64,000 nt of DNA from a candidate division FCPU426 bacterium (GTDB taxonomy: Bacteria; Oederibacteriota; Muellerivitia; Muellerivitales; Muellerivitaceae). Made by a program: the position numbers and the translations under genes. The stretch's first letter is position 1; each line of letters starts with the position of its first letter. The notes beneath the pieces are model-generated. The model did not search any database. It worked only from the letters and a program-made list of their open reading frames with translations, and was not told the origin of the DNA. The stretch spans positions 102,930 through 166,929 of the forward strand of contig CAVYSE010000006.1 in assembly GCA_963771075.1 (NCBI GenBank), written 5' to 3'. This document shows, piece after piece, positions 47,481 through 56,672 of the stretch.

Positions 47481-48059
47481 TTATTGGGAATTTTCTGACT
47501 TGCTCCACCACATCTCCCATTTCACCGGCACTTCGTTGGAAACGGAGAGGGTCAAAAGCGAAGGCGGGGGGATGTGGAAATCCTTCAGCGTGATTGGGAT
47601 CGTTCCGACAAGATGGACCCGGCCCTCTTTCCAATCCAGTACCTGGAGCGGCACCTGGCCGTAGTGGGCCTTTTGGCCCGCGAAGTTGATATCCAGGTCA
47701 GCCTTCAAGATCTGGGGCGAAAGGCCTTCCTGCATCTTGCCTATTCTCGCCTGGACAGTGACCATGGGATAGAGACCGGCCTGGGTCACTTCCTGCATAT
47801 GCAGGTCACGGTTCGTGTCCCCCGAATCGAAGGTTTTCACAGGTACTCCCACCAGGAATTGCCAGGCGCCGTCGCTTCCCCGCAAACCCTTTCCCCGGGC
47901 CGAATGGCTTACTCCCCGCACCACGTGGAGCGGATGGGTCACGGTGAAGGTGATCTCCGACTTATCGAGTTTCCAGTGAAGGGTGGGTTCGGCATGGACC
48001 GAAGTGAAGGAAAGTATAGAGATCAGACCCCATATCCATATTTTGATGGTCTTTCTCAA
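47481..48059 (-). CDS. YceI-family protein
   Basis: Signal peptide, SEITFTVTH, FDSGDTNRDLHM, DFHIPPP. Confidence 0.8.
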   Translation of the reverse strand: MRKTIKIWIWGLISILSFTSVHAEPTLHWKLDKSEITFTVTHPLHVVRGVSHSARGKGLRGSDGAWQFLVGVPVKTFDSGDTNRDLHMQEVTQAGLYPMVTVQARIGKMQEGLSPQILKADLDINFAGQKAHYGQVPLQVLDWKEGRVHLVGTIPITLKDFHIPPPSLLTLSVSNEVPVKWEMWWSKSENSQ

Positions 48060-48685
48060 AAGGTCATCACCGTGACGGACGATAGATAAGAGACCACCAG
48101 GGCCGTGGCCAGGATACCGTGGAGGGTCCCCAACCCTCCCAGGGGCTGGTGGCTCTGGACCTGGTCATTGGCCATATCGCCCAATAAGGGCACGATGATC
48201 ATGAGCGGGGCGTGAATCCAGGCCAGGTCCTCATGGGTCTGGGTGTTGCCGCTGGCCTTCAGGCCCTTAGGCTTGGGCGCCAGGATGGCGAAGAGGGCAG
48301 TGGTGCCGTAGAGGGCGACGGTGGTAATGCCCAGGGTGGCGTGGAGGCCCGTATCCGTACTGCCGTTGGATACGTTGCCGGCGGTGGTAAGCCCCAGGAC
48401 GTATTCGGTGGTCAGGGGTATGGCGGTGATGAGCCCCAGGGTCTGGTGGATCTGGAGCATATCGGAGCGGGTTTGCAGGTCCTTCTGGTATTGGGGGTCG
48501 CTCTGCAGGTCGGCCGAGGAGAATCCCAGGTCTTCCACCGAGAGGGCGGGCGTGCGCGAACCGGTTTGAGTCGTTGGCCCGGCTTGGGTCGCGAACTCGG
48601 TGTCCGGTTTTTCTTGGGCCAGGATCAGGTTGGGGTGAAAAAGAAGGAGCAAAGATAAAAAACCGAGGGCCCGGATCGATTGCAC
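48056..48685 (-). CDS. Hypothetical membrane protein (4 TMs, His-containing)
   Basis: Signal peptide; His in or near each TM, possibly heme-binding; overlaps the YceI start. Confidence 0.65.
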   Translation of the reverse strand: MQSIRALGFLSLLLLFHPNLILAQEKPDTEFATQAGPTTQTGSRTPALSVEDLGFSSADLQSDPQYQKDLQTRSDMLQIHQTLGLITAIPLTTEYVLGLTTAGNVSNGSTDTGLHATLGITTVALYGTTALFAILAPKPKGLKASGNTQTHEDLAWIHAPLMIIVPLLGDMANDQVQSHQPLGGLGTLHGILATALVVSYLSSVTVMTF

Positions 48686-48872
48686 GGGTGCCGCCTTTCA
48701 CGCCAAGGGTGGTCCACGTCTGAAGCCTAGGGTGAGGTACTTTAAGGAATGGTTTCAGCGGAAAGCAAGATTTATAACCTTGGAAATAGTGCCTGAGAAG
48801 GCCGTTTTGAAAGGCTACCCATGCACGGACCCTTCCCTTTTTTTCCGGGGGCGCCCTGGTTAGACTAGGCCC

Positions 48873-49565
48873 ATGTGCGGACGATTCGCCCAAAAAACCG
48901 AACCGAAGAAGCTGGCGAAGAAATTCGCGGTGGTTGTTCCCGCCGCCCTCCTGGAACACGAGCCCCGTTACAACATCGCCCCCTCCAGCCTCGTTCCCGT
49001 TTTGAGGATTCCCGCTTCCGGTAGCCCGGCCGTCCTGGAAACCCTCCAGTGGGGCCTGGTGCCTTCCTGGGCCAAGGATCCTTCCATCGGCTTCAAGCTC
49101 TCCAACGCCCGGGCCGAGACGGCGGCCGTGAAACCTTCCTTCCGGTCGGCCTTCAAAAGCCGCCGCTGCCTGGTGCCGGTGGACGGTTATTACGAATGGA
49201 ACCAGGAAACCAAACCCAAACAGCCCCATTATTACTTCATGAAAGACGGCGAACCCTTCTGCCTGGCCGGGCTTTGGGAAACCTGGGCGCCCCGCGACCC
49301 CCAGGCCCCGCCCCTCCAGACCTTTACCCTGCTCACCACCGGGCCTAACGCCCTGGCGGCGAAGGTGCACGACCGCATGCCGGTGATCCTGGAGGAAAAA
49401 GATTTCGCCTTCTGGCTCGACCCGGATAACCACGACGTGGAGGGGCTGGTGAAATTACTGGTCCCCTTCGACCCCGGGCGGATGGACAGCTACCCCGTTT
49501 CCACCTTCGTCAGCAACGCCCGCCACGAGGGCCCGCAGTGCATCCAGGAAATTAAACTTCCTTAA
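48873..49565 (+). CDS. SOS response-associated peptidase (SRAP; YedK/HMCES family)
   Basis: MCGRF N-terminus, RYNIAP, WGLVP, NARAE, YYEW, HDRMPVIL. Confidence 0.95.
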   Translation: MCGRFAQKTEPKKLAKKFAVVVPAALLEHEPRYNIAPSSLVPVLRIPASGSPAVLETLQWGLVPSWAKDPSIGFKLSNARAETAAVKPSFRSAFKSRRCLVPVDGYYEWNQETKPKQPHYYFMKDGEPFCLAGLWETWAPRDPQAPPLQTFTLLTTGPNALAAKVHDRMPVILEEKDFAFWLDPDNHDVEGLVKLLVPFDPGRMDSYPVSTFVSNARHEGPQCIQEIKLP

Positions 49566-49578
49566 TTCTTGACCTCCC

Positions 49579-49620
49579 CGGGTGAAAGGTGTAAGTATAC
49601 GCATGTATACCTATCACCCG
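49579..49620. promoter_or_regulatory. Palindrome upstream of umuD (candidate SOS operator)
   Basis: CGGGTGA...GTATAC-GCAT-GTATAC...TCACCCG, downstream of TTGACC at 49569. Confidence 0.45.
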
Positions 49621-49628
49621 AGGCGACC

Positions 49629-50081
49629 ATGTCCGAAACCCAGCCGCTCACCGGCCCCTTCCGGTTCCAGCTCACCGTCCACTCCCTGCTGAAAACCTAC
49701 CTGGCCCCCATCCCGGCGGGCTTCCCCAGCCCCGCCGAGGATTACCTGATGCGCGAACTCGACTTCAACGAGCTTTTATTGAACCCCCCCGAGTCCACCT
49801 TCGGCTTTTTCGTGCGGGGCGAGAGCATGGCGGAGGCGGGCATCCATACCAACGACATCCTGGTGGTCAACACCGAGGCCGAGCGCCAGTTGGGCCAGAT
49901 CGTCGTGGCCGGGGTGAACGGCGACTGGGCCGTGAAGACCCTGGGGGCCGTGGGCGGCAGTCCCGCCCTGATTTCCCACAACCCGGATTACGCCCCCATC
50001 CTCCTCAAGGAATTCGACGAACTGGTGATCTTCGGCGTCGTGCGGGGCTTTGTCCGCCTGTTCCAGCGGGGGAAACCGTGA
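49629..50081 (+). CDS. umuD: UmuD-like S24 peptidase
   Basis: AGFPSPAEDY cleavage motif, VRGESM (Ser), VKTL (Lys). Confidence 0.92.
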   Translation: MSETQPLTGPFRFQLTVHSLLKTYLAPIPAGFPSPAEDYLMRELDFNELLLNPPESTFGFFVRGESMAEAGIHTNDILVVNTEAERQLGQIVVAGVNGDWAVKTLGAVGGSPALISHNPDYAPILLKEFDELVIFGVVRGFVRLFQRGKP

Positions 50082-50286
50082 GCGACACGGCGCTGGTCCG
50101 AAGTGGGCCACTAAGCCAAACCCTTTTATCAGGGGGTTTGGCACATTCAAACCCTATGCCTCGGCTGGAGGCCTCGGCACAGAAGCCCGAAGCCGTGGCG
50201 CTGGGCGCCGATTCCCCTTTGGAATCGGCATTACCAAGACGTGCGCCACGACCTGAAGTCGTGGCGCTGGTCCACCGGTTATAATT

Positions 50287-51591
50287 ATGGAACCGGTGCA
50301 ACAAAACCCTGGGCCACGGCGTGAGGCCGTGGCCCTTGTGGATTGCAACTCCTTCTACGCCAGTTGCGAGCAGGCATTCGACCCCCGGCTTTGGAACAAG
50401 CCGGTGGTGGTGCTTTCCAACAACGACGGCAACATCGTGGCCCGGTCCAAGGAGGCCAAGGCCCTGGGCATCGGCATGGGCGGGCCCTTTTTCATGGAAA
50501 AACAAAAGATACGCGAATACGGCATCCACGTCTTTTCCAGCAACTACGCCCTTTACGGCGACATGTCCAACCGGGTGCGCCGGGTCCTCCAGCGTTTCTC
50601 GCCCCGCATCGAGTTTTACAGCATCGACGAATGCTTCATGGACCTGTCGGGCCTCGACCCCCAGGGACTGACCGCCGCCTGCCGCCGCCTCAAGACCACG
50701 GTGGAAAGGGCCACCCGCATCCCGGTTTCCGTCGGCGTGGCCGAAACCAAAAGCCTGGCCAAGATCGCCAACAAGGTGGCCAAGAAGTCGCGCAAAGCCC
50801 AGGGGGTGGTGAACCTCCTGGCGTCGCCCTTCACCGACCGGGCCCTTCAAAGCGTGCCGGTGGGCGACATTTGGGGCGTGGGAAGCCGGTACGAGGAATT
50901 TTTCCTGGGGATCGGCGTCAAGACGGCCCTGGATTTCAAGAACTGCCCCCCGCCCGTCATCCGGGGGCGCATGGGCGTGGTGGGCGCGCGCATCCAAATG
51001 GAATTCAACCGGGTTCCCTGCCTGCCCCTGGAGGACGTGCCGCCGCCCAAGAAGATGATCGGGTCCAGCAAGGGCTTCGGGGTGCCCGTAACCGGCAAGG
51101 ACGAATTGAAGGAAGCCCTGACCTGCTATGTCACCCGCACCGCCGAGAAGGTGAGGCAACAGAACCAGGCCGTGGCCGCCATGCTGGTCTGGGTGGCCAC
51201 CGATCCCTTCCGCGAGGGGGAACCCCAATACGAGAACTCCGCCACCTATACCCTTCCCGAGCCCACCCGCTATACGCCCCACCTGGTCGCGGTGGGCAAC
51301 CGGGCCCTCGACCTGCTTTACCGCCCCGGGTTCAATTACAAACGCGTGGGGATTTTATACACGGAACTGGCCGATGCCGACGCCATCCAGCAGAACCTGT
51401 TCGGAAGGGTGAACGCGCCCAAGCAACGGGCCTTGATGGAAGCCTTGGACCGGGTGAACGGAAGAATGGGCCGGGGAAAGGTGCGAATGGCCGCGGAAGG
51501 GTTCGCGCACCGCTGGCAGACGAAGTTCGAGTTCAAATCCAGGCGCTACACGACTTCCTGGGATGAACTTCCGATCGCCAAATGCGGTTAG
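50287..51591 (+). CDS. umuC: Y-family DNA polymerase UmuC (Pol V)
   Basis: [33 protein letters not shown]-terminal [12 protein letters not shown]. Confidence 0.95.
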   Translation: MEPVQQNPGPRREAVALVDCNSFYASCEQAFDPRLWNKPVVVLSNNDGNIVARSKEAKALGIGMGGPFFMEKQKIREYGIHVFSSNYALYGDMSNRVRRVLQRFSPRIEFYSIDECFMDLSGLDPQGLTAACRRLKTTVERATRIPVSVGVAETKSLAKIANKVAKKSRKAQGVVNLLASPFTDRALQSVPVGDIWGVGSRYEEFFLGIGVKTALDFKNCPPPVIRGRMGVVGARIQMEFNRVPCLPLEDVPPPKKMIGSSKGFGVPVTGKDELKEALTCYVTRTAEKVRQQNQAVAAMLVWVATDPFREGEPQYENSATYTLPEPTRYTPHLVAVGNRALDLLYRPGFNYKRVGILYTELADADAIQQNLFGRVNAPKQRALMEALDRVNGRMGRGKVRMAAEGFAHRWQTKFEFKSRRYTTSWDELPIAKCG

Positions 51592-51674
51592 AAGTGGCCG
51601 GTCAACTCTTCCCTATCCTGACCGCCAAGGAAATTCACAATAGAAATGGGTTTATTTCTTAACCCGATAGGCTT

Positions 51675-52088
51675 TTACGGAACGAACTCCCGAACGAACT
51701 CGGCTGGGCTGAGAATTTGAATGCCTTTGAATTGTTTCAAGGGTAAAAGGTGTTTCTTGTCACCCGTGATGAGAAAATGGGCCTTTCCCGTCCAGGCGCA
51801 TTCCAATATCCGGTTATCGCTTTCATCTTCCCTGATCACATCGACCGCATGGCGGGGCTTCACTATCTCCGCGATGGCTAAAAGCGAATTCCGCGATTCC
51901 CCGGCGCGGCGAGAATCGAAACCAAATTTCTCCCTCAAAACCTTCCCCGCCTCATCCAAGATTTCATCAGAAAGCAGCAGGGTTAGTTTATCGGCGGCGG
52001 CTAAATCGAGGATTTTGGAGGGATTACCACCCGGAAAAAGAAGATGGGAAACAATCACGTTTGTGTCGATGACAACCCTGAATTTCAT
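51675..52088 (-). CDS. PIN-domain toxin
   Basis: VVIDTNVIVS, DESDNRILECA, ITGDKKHLL. Confidence 0.92.
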   Translation of the reverse strand: MKFRVVIDTNVIVSHLLFPGGNPSKILDLAAADKLTLLLSDEILDEAGKVLREKFGFDSRRAGESRNSLLAIAEIVKPRHAVDVIREDESDNRILECAWTGKAHFLITGDKKHLLPLKQFKGIQILSPAEFVREFVP

Positions 52089-52330
52089 TATTTCTTCCGG
52101 CGAAACTCATGAATCAGCCGGTCCACATCATCCTCGTTCCGGATGCCGAGCTTTTTCGCCTGACGGGTTCCAAAGGATCTCAGGTCTTCCCACTGCCGGA
52201 GAAGATAATATTGTTTTAAAGCCTCACCGACGACTTCGCTTCGGCTTTTGTTTTCGACGTCGGCGATGTCTTGGGCCTGTTGGAGGGTTTCCGGGGAAAG
52301 CGAAAAACTAGCAACGACCGATCGTTTCAT
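52088..52330 (-). CDS. RHH/CopG antitoxin
   Basis: SFSLSPE...SRSEVVGEAL; TAATG overlap with the toxin. Confidence 0.88.
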   Translation of the reverse strand: MKRSVVASFSLSPETLQQAQDIADVENKSRSEVVGEALKQYYLLRQWEDLRSFGTRQAKKLGIRNEDDVDRLIHEFRRKK

Positions 52331-52546
52331 GGGGAACTCCTAATAAATAGTTAATAATATTATATTAATTAATTCCGTTATTTCAATCCACCGGATCCCT
52401 TGGGGAATATTGCAAATCACTCCTTAAAGTGTCTGAGCTCTTCCCCCGGGGTGGATTTTGGTCATTGAAATAACCTATCTCCGCTTCTTCATTCAAAATT
52501 AGGGTGGAAATTTGAAAATAGAAAACCATAATTGGCCTTAAACCCT

Positions 52547-53116
52547 ATGGCAAAATCATTTCCAAACGGATCACGTTGGGGAGCCCAGGAGAAAGCGGCT
52601 TTCAAAGTCGTCGTTTCCTTGCTCACCCTTTTCTTTTTGGTTTTCCTGGCCCTGCGTGTCGTCAAGATGGCCCAGGGGCCCGAACCACCCCCGATCATTC
52701 AAAACCGTTTAACCGAGGCCGCCCATTCCATGTTCAAACCCGGTCAGGTTTGGGCCTATAAAACCCGGCTCGGCGAGGAAAAATCGTTGTTGACGGTCGT
52801 CAAGGTGGATTCCGATCCCCGAATGGGCAATATCGTTTCCGTTTATTTGGATGGATTGCAGTTAATGGATACGTCCGGTAACAGCACATACAGAACGGTG
52901 ATCCCCCACATGGCTTTCGCCGAAAACACCTTGAAGGAAAGCGTGACCCGGCTCATCAAGGCCGGGGCCGACTTGCCCAACTATGAAGAGGGCTACCAGG
53001 CATGGCTATCTGAGTTTAATTCCGGCGGGGGGAGCGTATTTGTCGTTCCTGTTTCAAAAGCGATCGGTACCGAGGAAGATTTGTTAAATAAAAGCTGGGC
53101 AAAACGGCACCCCTAA
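52547..53116 (+). CDS. Hypothetical membrane-anchored protein
   Basis: Single TM then PGQVWAYKTR...IPHM...YEEGYQAW domain. Confidence 0.65.
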   Translation: MAKSFPNGSRWGAQEKAAFKVVVSLLTLFFLVFLALRVVKMAQGPEPPPIIQNRLTEAAHSMFKPGQVWAYKTRLGEEKSLLTVVKVDSDPRMGNIVSVYLDGLQLMDTSGNSTYRTVIPHMAFAENTLKESVTRLIKAGADLPNYEEGYQAWLSEFNSGGGSVFVVPVSKAIGTEEDLLNKSWAKRHP

Positions 53117-53538
53117 ACCCCTGCCCGATTTCGATGCGGACCGAGTGGATGACATCGACCCCCAATAAAGGTTCTTTGCCCCTACTTCCAGGAAGATATC
53201 TAGTAAGAATTTAGGAGTTTACCGGCGAAGCGGCGAGGCGGATGCTATCCGGTAAAGCCTTAAAACGAGCTTTAAACAGTGTTTCTTTCGATTTAATAAG
53301 CGGTCCCCGGTTTTTTGGGGGGGCCCTCCAGATGGACCCTATTTAACAGTGGTCGAAATGACCGGGCCGGGCGGACTGATCGGCCGGAAAATCCTGACCC
53401 TGGTGGTTATCCGCTGATTCGTTCCATGGCACAAAGATACCATTCCCTTGCCTAGAACATTTCCATTATTCAAAACATTCGGGCTCATTTAAAATAAGCC
53501 TGTGGGGAGAATACCAAGAAATCCAGGGGATTTCGAAC

Positions 53539-55449
53539 ATGGGTTCTTCCTTAAAAGTCCATTGCGACTCACCGATGGGTTCCACCCATCCCCTTTCCAA
53601 CCCTCTTCGCATTAAGGTAATGGGCGGCCCGGGAACGGGTAAAACTTTTTTTCTCCGGAACCATGTTCAGGAACTGCTGGAAAAGGGCGTAGCCCCCAAC
53701 CGGATCTTGGTTTTTACTCACTCGGACACCGCCGCCGCCGATTTCACCCGTCTCCTGGGGCACCCGGTTCCGGCCGGCACCCTGCGGTCCTATTGCCTGG
53801 CGGTCTTGTCGAGACCGGAAGTCCAAAGTTACACCAACCGCGTTCCCCGCCCCATGATCACCTTTAGCCACAAAGCCTGCCTGCGGTTCGAAGCGGGCCC
53901 CCTCCTTAAGGACATCAAGAACAAGGGCGTCTTCGGCAACCGGAGGAAAAGGTCCCAAGCGATCCTGGCCTGGGAGCGGTCCTTGGACCCCGATCCGCCC
54001 TCGCCGCAAAGTTTCGAGGAAACGCTCTTGAAATGGCTTCGGTACCACCGCGGCATCCTGTTGGGCGAAATGGCGTCGCTGGTCTTACGCTATTTCAAGA
54101 ACCACCCCGCCTATCCCGAACTCAAGGCCTACACCCATTTGGTCGTGGATGACTACCAGGACCTCAGCCGCCCTGAGCAGGCCCTTCTGGATCTCCTGGG
54201 AAAGGATTGCGAATGGGCGGTCGCGGGGGACCTGGACCAATCCATCCACTGGGCCCGAAACGCGCACCCCCTCGGGTGGGTGGAATTCGGCGAAAACCTC
54301 AAGAACGTCCAGGTGGTTACCTTGACCGAAAGCCGCCGCTGTCCGGGACCGATCGCCCAAGCCGCCAACCTTCTCCTCGAAACCAATGGACCCAGCCTCG
54401 GGTCGACGCGGCTCAACCCCGTGACGGGAAAGGACAAGGGTTCGTTGAAATGGATCCGTTGGGCTTCCCCCCTCGCGGAGGGTTTCGGCATCGCCGACTT
54501 TACCCGGAAATGCCTGCAAAGGGGATACCGTCCCAAGGATATCCTCATCCTGGCCCCGAGCGCGAGGTTGGCCCGCCTGATCCGCGCCGCTTTCGGCAAA
54601 TTGAGGATCAAGGCGGAGGGGTTTTACTGCGAAAAGCTTTTCGAGACCGAGGGGACTCAAAAGGCGGTCACGCTTTTATCCCTCCTGGCCGATCCTTATG
54701 ACCGGATATCGCTGCGTTTCTGGCTGGGGATGACCCAGAATGATTTTTACACCGGCCAATACCTGAACCTGATGGCCTATTGCAAAAAGAACAAGCTGGA
54801 ACCCTTTGACGCCCTTTCCCGGGCCCTCGGGGGCGGGACCCCGATCGGAAACGTCCCTGATCTCCTCAAAAGGTTCGAGGAACTGGTGGCCGGGATGGCC
54901 AGCCTCCAGGGTCTGAAGGGCCATGACCTCATCGGCTTTTTGTTCCCCAAGACCGAGATCTGGGGGCGGAACGCAGGGACCCTTTGCCTGAAATACGCCC
55001 ATCCGGAGGCAGGGCCAAAGGAACTATTGCGCCTCTTACGCTCATGCGCCTGGGAGGAAGGGCTTCCCGAATCACCCGATTCGGTGAGGATTTTAGCCCT
55101 CTCCCGGGCCAAGGCGCTGGAGGCCAAGATCGTGATCGTGACCGGATGCGTCTACAGCATGATCCCCCATACGAACCGGGACCCGGAAACGACGGAGGAG
55201 CACAAGGCAAAACTCAAGCAACAGAGGCGGTTGCTATATGTCGCCATCACCCGTGCGACCGAACAGGTGGTCCTTTCCACTTTCATGGGCATGCCAAGGG
55301 ATTGGAACCCCGACTATATGGTCGAGTTGGCATCGGGTACCGGCAGTTGGGGAAACACCCTTCAAAGTTCGTTCTTGAGCGATATGCGTCCGGTGCTCCC
55401 CAAATCCATCAGCGGCAAAGCGTGGCGGCAAGGAGGCTATAAGAAATAG
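53539..55449 (+). CDS. UvrD/Rep-like superfamily 1 helicase
   Basis: GGPGTGKT, VVDDYQD, GDLDQSIH, SRRC, RRLLYVAITRA. Confidence 0.88.
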   Translation: MGSSLKVHCDSPMGSTHPLSNPLRIKVMGGPGTGKTFFLRNHVQELLEKGVAPNRILVFTHSDTAAADFTRLLGHPVPAGTLRSYCLAVLSRPEVQSYTNRVPRPMITFSHKACLRFEAGPLLKDIKNKGVFGNRRKRSQAILAWERSLDPDPPSPQSFEETLLKWLRYHRGILLGEMASLVLRYFKNHPAYPELKAYTHLVVDDYQDLSRPEQALLDLLGKDCEWAVAGDLDQSIHWARNAHPLGWVEFGENLKNVQVVTLTESRRCPGPIAQAANLLLETNGPSLGSTRLNPVTGKDKGSLKWIRWASPLAEGFGIADFTRKCLQRGYRPKDILILAPSARLARLIRAAFGKLRIKAEGFYCEKLFETEGTQKAVTLLSLLADPYDRISLRFWLGMTQNDFYTGQYLNLMAYCKKNKLEPFDALSRALGGGTPIGNVPDLLKRFEELVAGMASLQGLKGHDLIGFLFPKTEIWGRNAGTLCLKYAHPEAGPKELLRLLRSCAWEEGLPESPDSVRILALSRAKALEAKIVIVTGCVYSMIPHTNRDPETTEEHKAKLKQQRRLLYVAITRATEQVVLSTFMGMPRDWNPDYMVELASGTGSWGNTLQSSFLSDMRPVLPKSISGKAWRQGGYKK

Positions 55450-55453
55450 CGCA

Positions 55454-55996
55454 ATGAAATACTTGAATGGTAACCTAATTGAGATCCACCTGGTTAAAGA
55501 AGGTTCCATCGTTTCGAATAATTCTAAATCGGCCGAAAAGTTCATCCACGGGATTAAGGTCTTAATGGCCAAAAACTACGTGGATAACCTCTCTGAGGAA
55601 ACTCGCAAGGGGATGACTGAAAAGGCGGCGGAAGGGATATGGCCATCCGCCGCTCCCCTTGGTTACAAGAACATTGCCGGGCGTGACGGCAAGCGAACCA
55701 TAAAGCCGGATTCCAAAATGAGCAGGATTATTTATTCACTTTATAAGGACTATTCGACGGGGCGTTATTCCTTCAAGGAAATAACTAAGAGGTACTGGAA
55801 TAAAGGGTTGGTGGTCCGGAAAAGCAAAAAGATTCTTTCCAAGAGTACGGTTTATAAAATACTAACTAACCGGATGTATACGGGGGTGTTCCAATGGAGA
55901 GAGATAAATTACCGGGGTAAGTACAAGCCTATCATTCCGCAAAAACTTTGGGATAAAACCCAGAAGGTAATGGAAAAACACTTCAAGTTAAGATAA
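55454..55996 (+). pseudogene. Fragment of large serine recombinase (recombinase domain only)
   Basis: MAKNYVDNLSEETRKGM...G.WP..APLGY.N...ILTNRMYTG...PII...W; catalytic N-terminus and zinc-ribbon C-terminus absent. Confidence 0.85.
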
Positions 55997-56020
55997 TCAG
56001 TAGTACTGAGTGTTCCTTTT

Positions 56021-56038
56021 GGGTCCCCGTCGTGGACA
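56021..56038. repeat. att-like site, copy 4
   Basis: GGGTCCCCGTCGTGGACA, identical to 58662-58679. Confidence 0.75.
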
Positions 56039-56076
56039 GCTGATATCATTCCGAAACGGCTCCCAACCAATTTCTA

Positions 56077-56637
56077 TCAAGTGCGCATGAACTCTGTTTG
56101 TATTAACTCGTATGCCTTTTTGATGTATGGTTCGAACGGTGACTCTCCTAAGGTAATAACTCCGCCGGATTTCAAACGGATATTAATGACATAGGCCTTG
56201 TACGGAGCGGCCTTGCTGCCCCCCTTTCGTTCCACCATTTCCTGATCTATTGATTTGATTTCATTTTTGGAAACGCAAAGGAGGGATTTTCCGTTTTTAT
56301 GGAAATCAACTGTGTGATCCGGAAGATTGAATATGGCCCTCCAACGAAAGGAATAAAAAATAAGCGTGAGAACTATGCCCCATATGATTACAGCACAAGC
56401 GCCCATGCCGATTTTCTTTGTCATGGTGGCCGCAGCCACATCCTCAGGGAAAAACCAGAATGACAGAAAACCAATTCCAATAAACATAAACAAGACGAGC
56501 CACAATGCTTGGGAAGAAAAAGTCAATCGGCAGATAATTTCATCCCCTTTTTTTCGGCAATAAAAAGGATTAATAGTGTAACCGCCCCCTATAAATGGAT
56601 CTTCGCCCATTGGATATTTTTCGTCTGCCATAGCCAC
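56077..56637 (-). CDS. Hypothetical membrane protein (2 TMs)
   Basis: AAGGAG RBS, two hydrophobic helices, soluble C-domain. Confidence 0.7.
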   Translation of the reverse strand: MAMADEKYPMGEDPFIGGGYTINPFYCRKKGDEIICRLTFSSQALWLVLFMFIGIGFLSFWFFPEDVAAATMTKKIGMGACAVIIWGIVLTLIFYSFRWRAIFNLPDHTVDFHKNGKSLLCVSKNEIKSIDQEMVERKGGSKAAPYKAYVINIRLKSGGVITLGESPFEPYIKKAYELIQTEFMRT

Positions 56638-56672
56638 TTCTCCTTATCGTTGTCTAAAGGGAACTATTTCCT

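Noticed and set aside
48267..51566. ORFs 48267-49433, 50005-51282 and 50343-51566
   Set aside because: They overlap SRAP/umuDC antisense or out of frame and have no recognisable motifs.
48711..53310. Further att-like candidates GGTCCACGTC (48711) and GGTCCCCGG (53302)
   Set aside because: Matches are too short and lack arm symmetry; compatible with chance.
53120..53450. Possible decayed AbrB/PIN TA pair on the minus strand
   Set aside because: Only short fragments (ITTR, LLDIF) that need several frameshifts; not supportable by eye.
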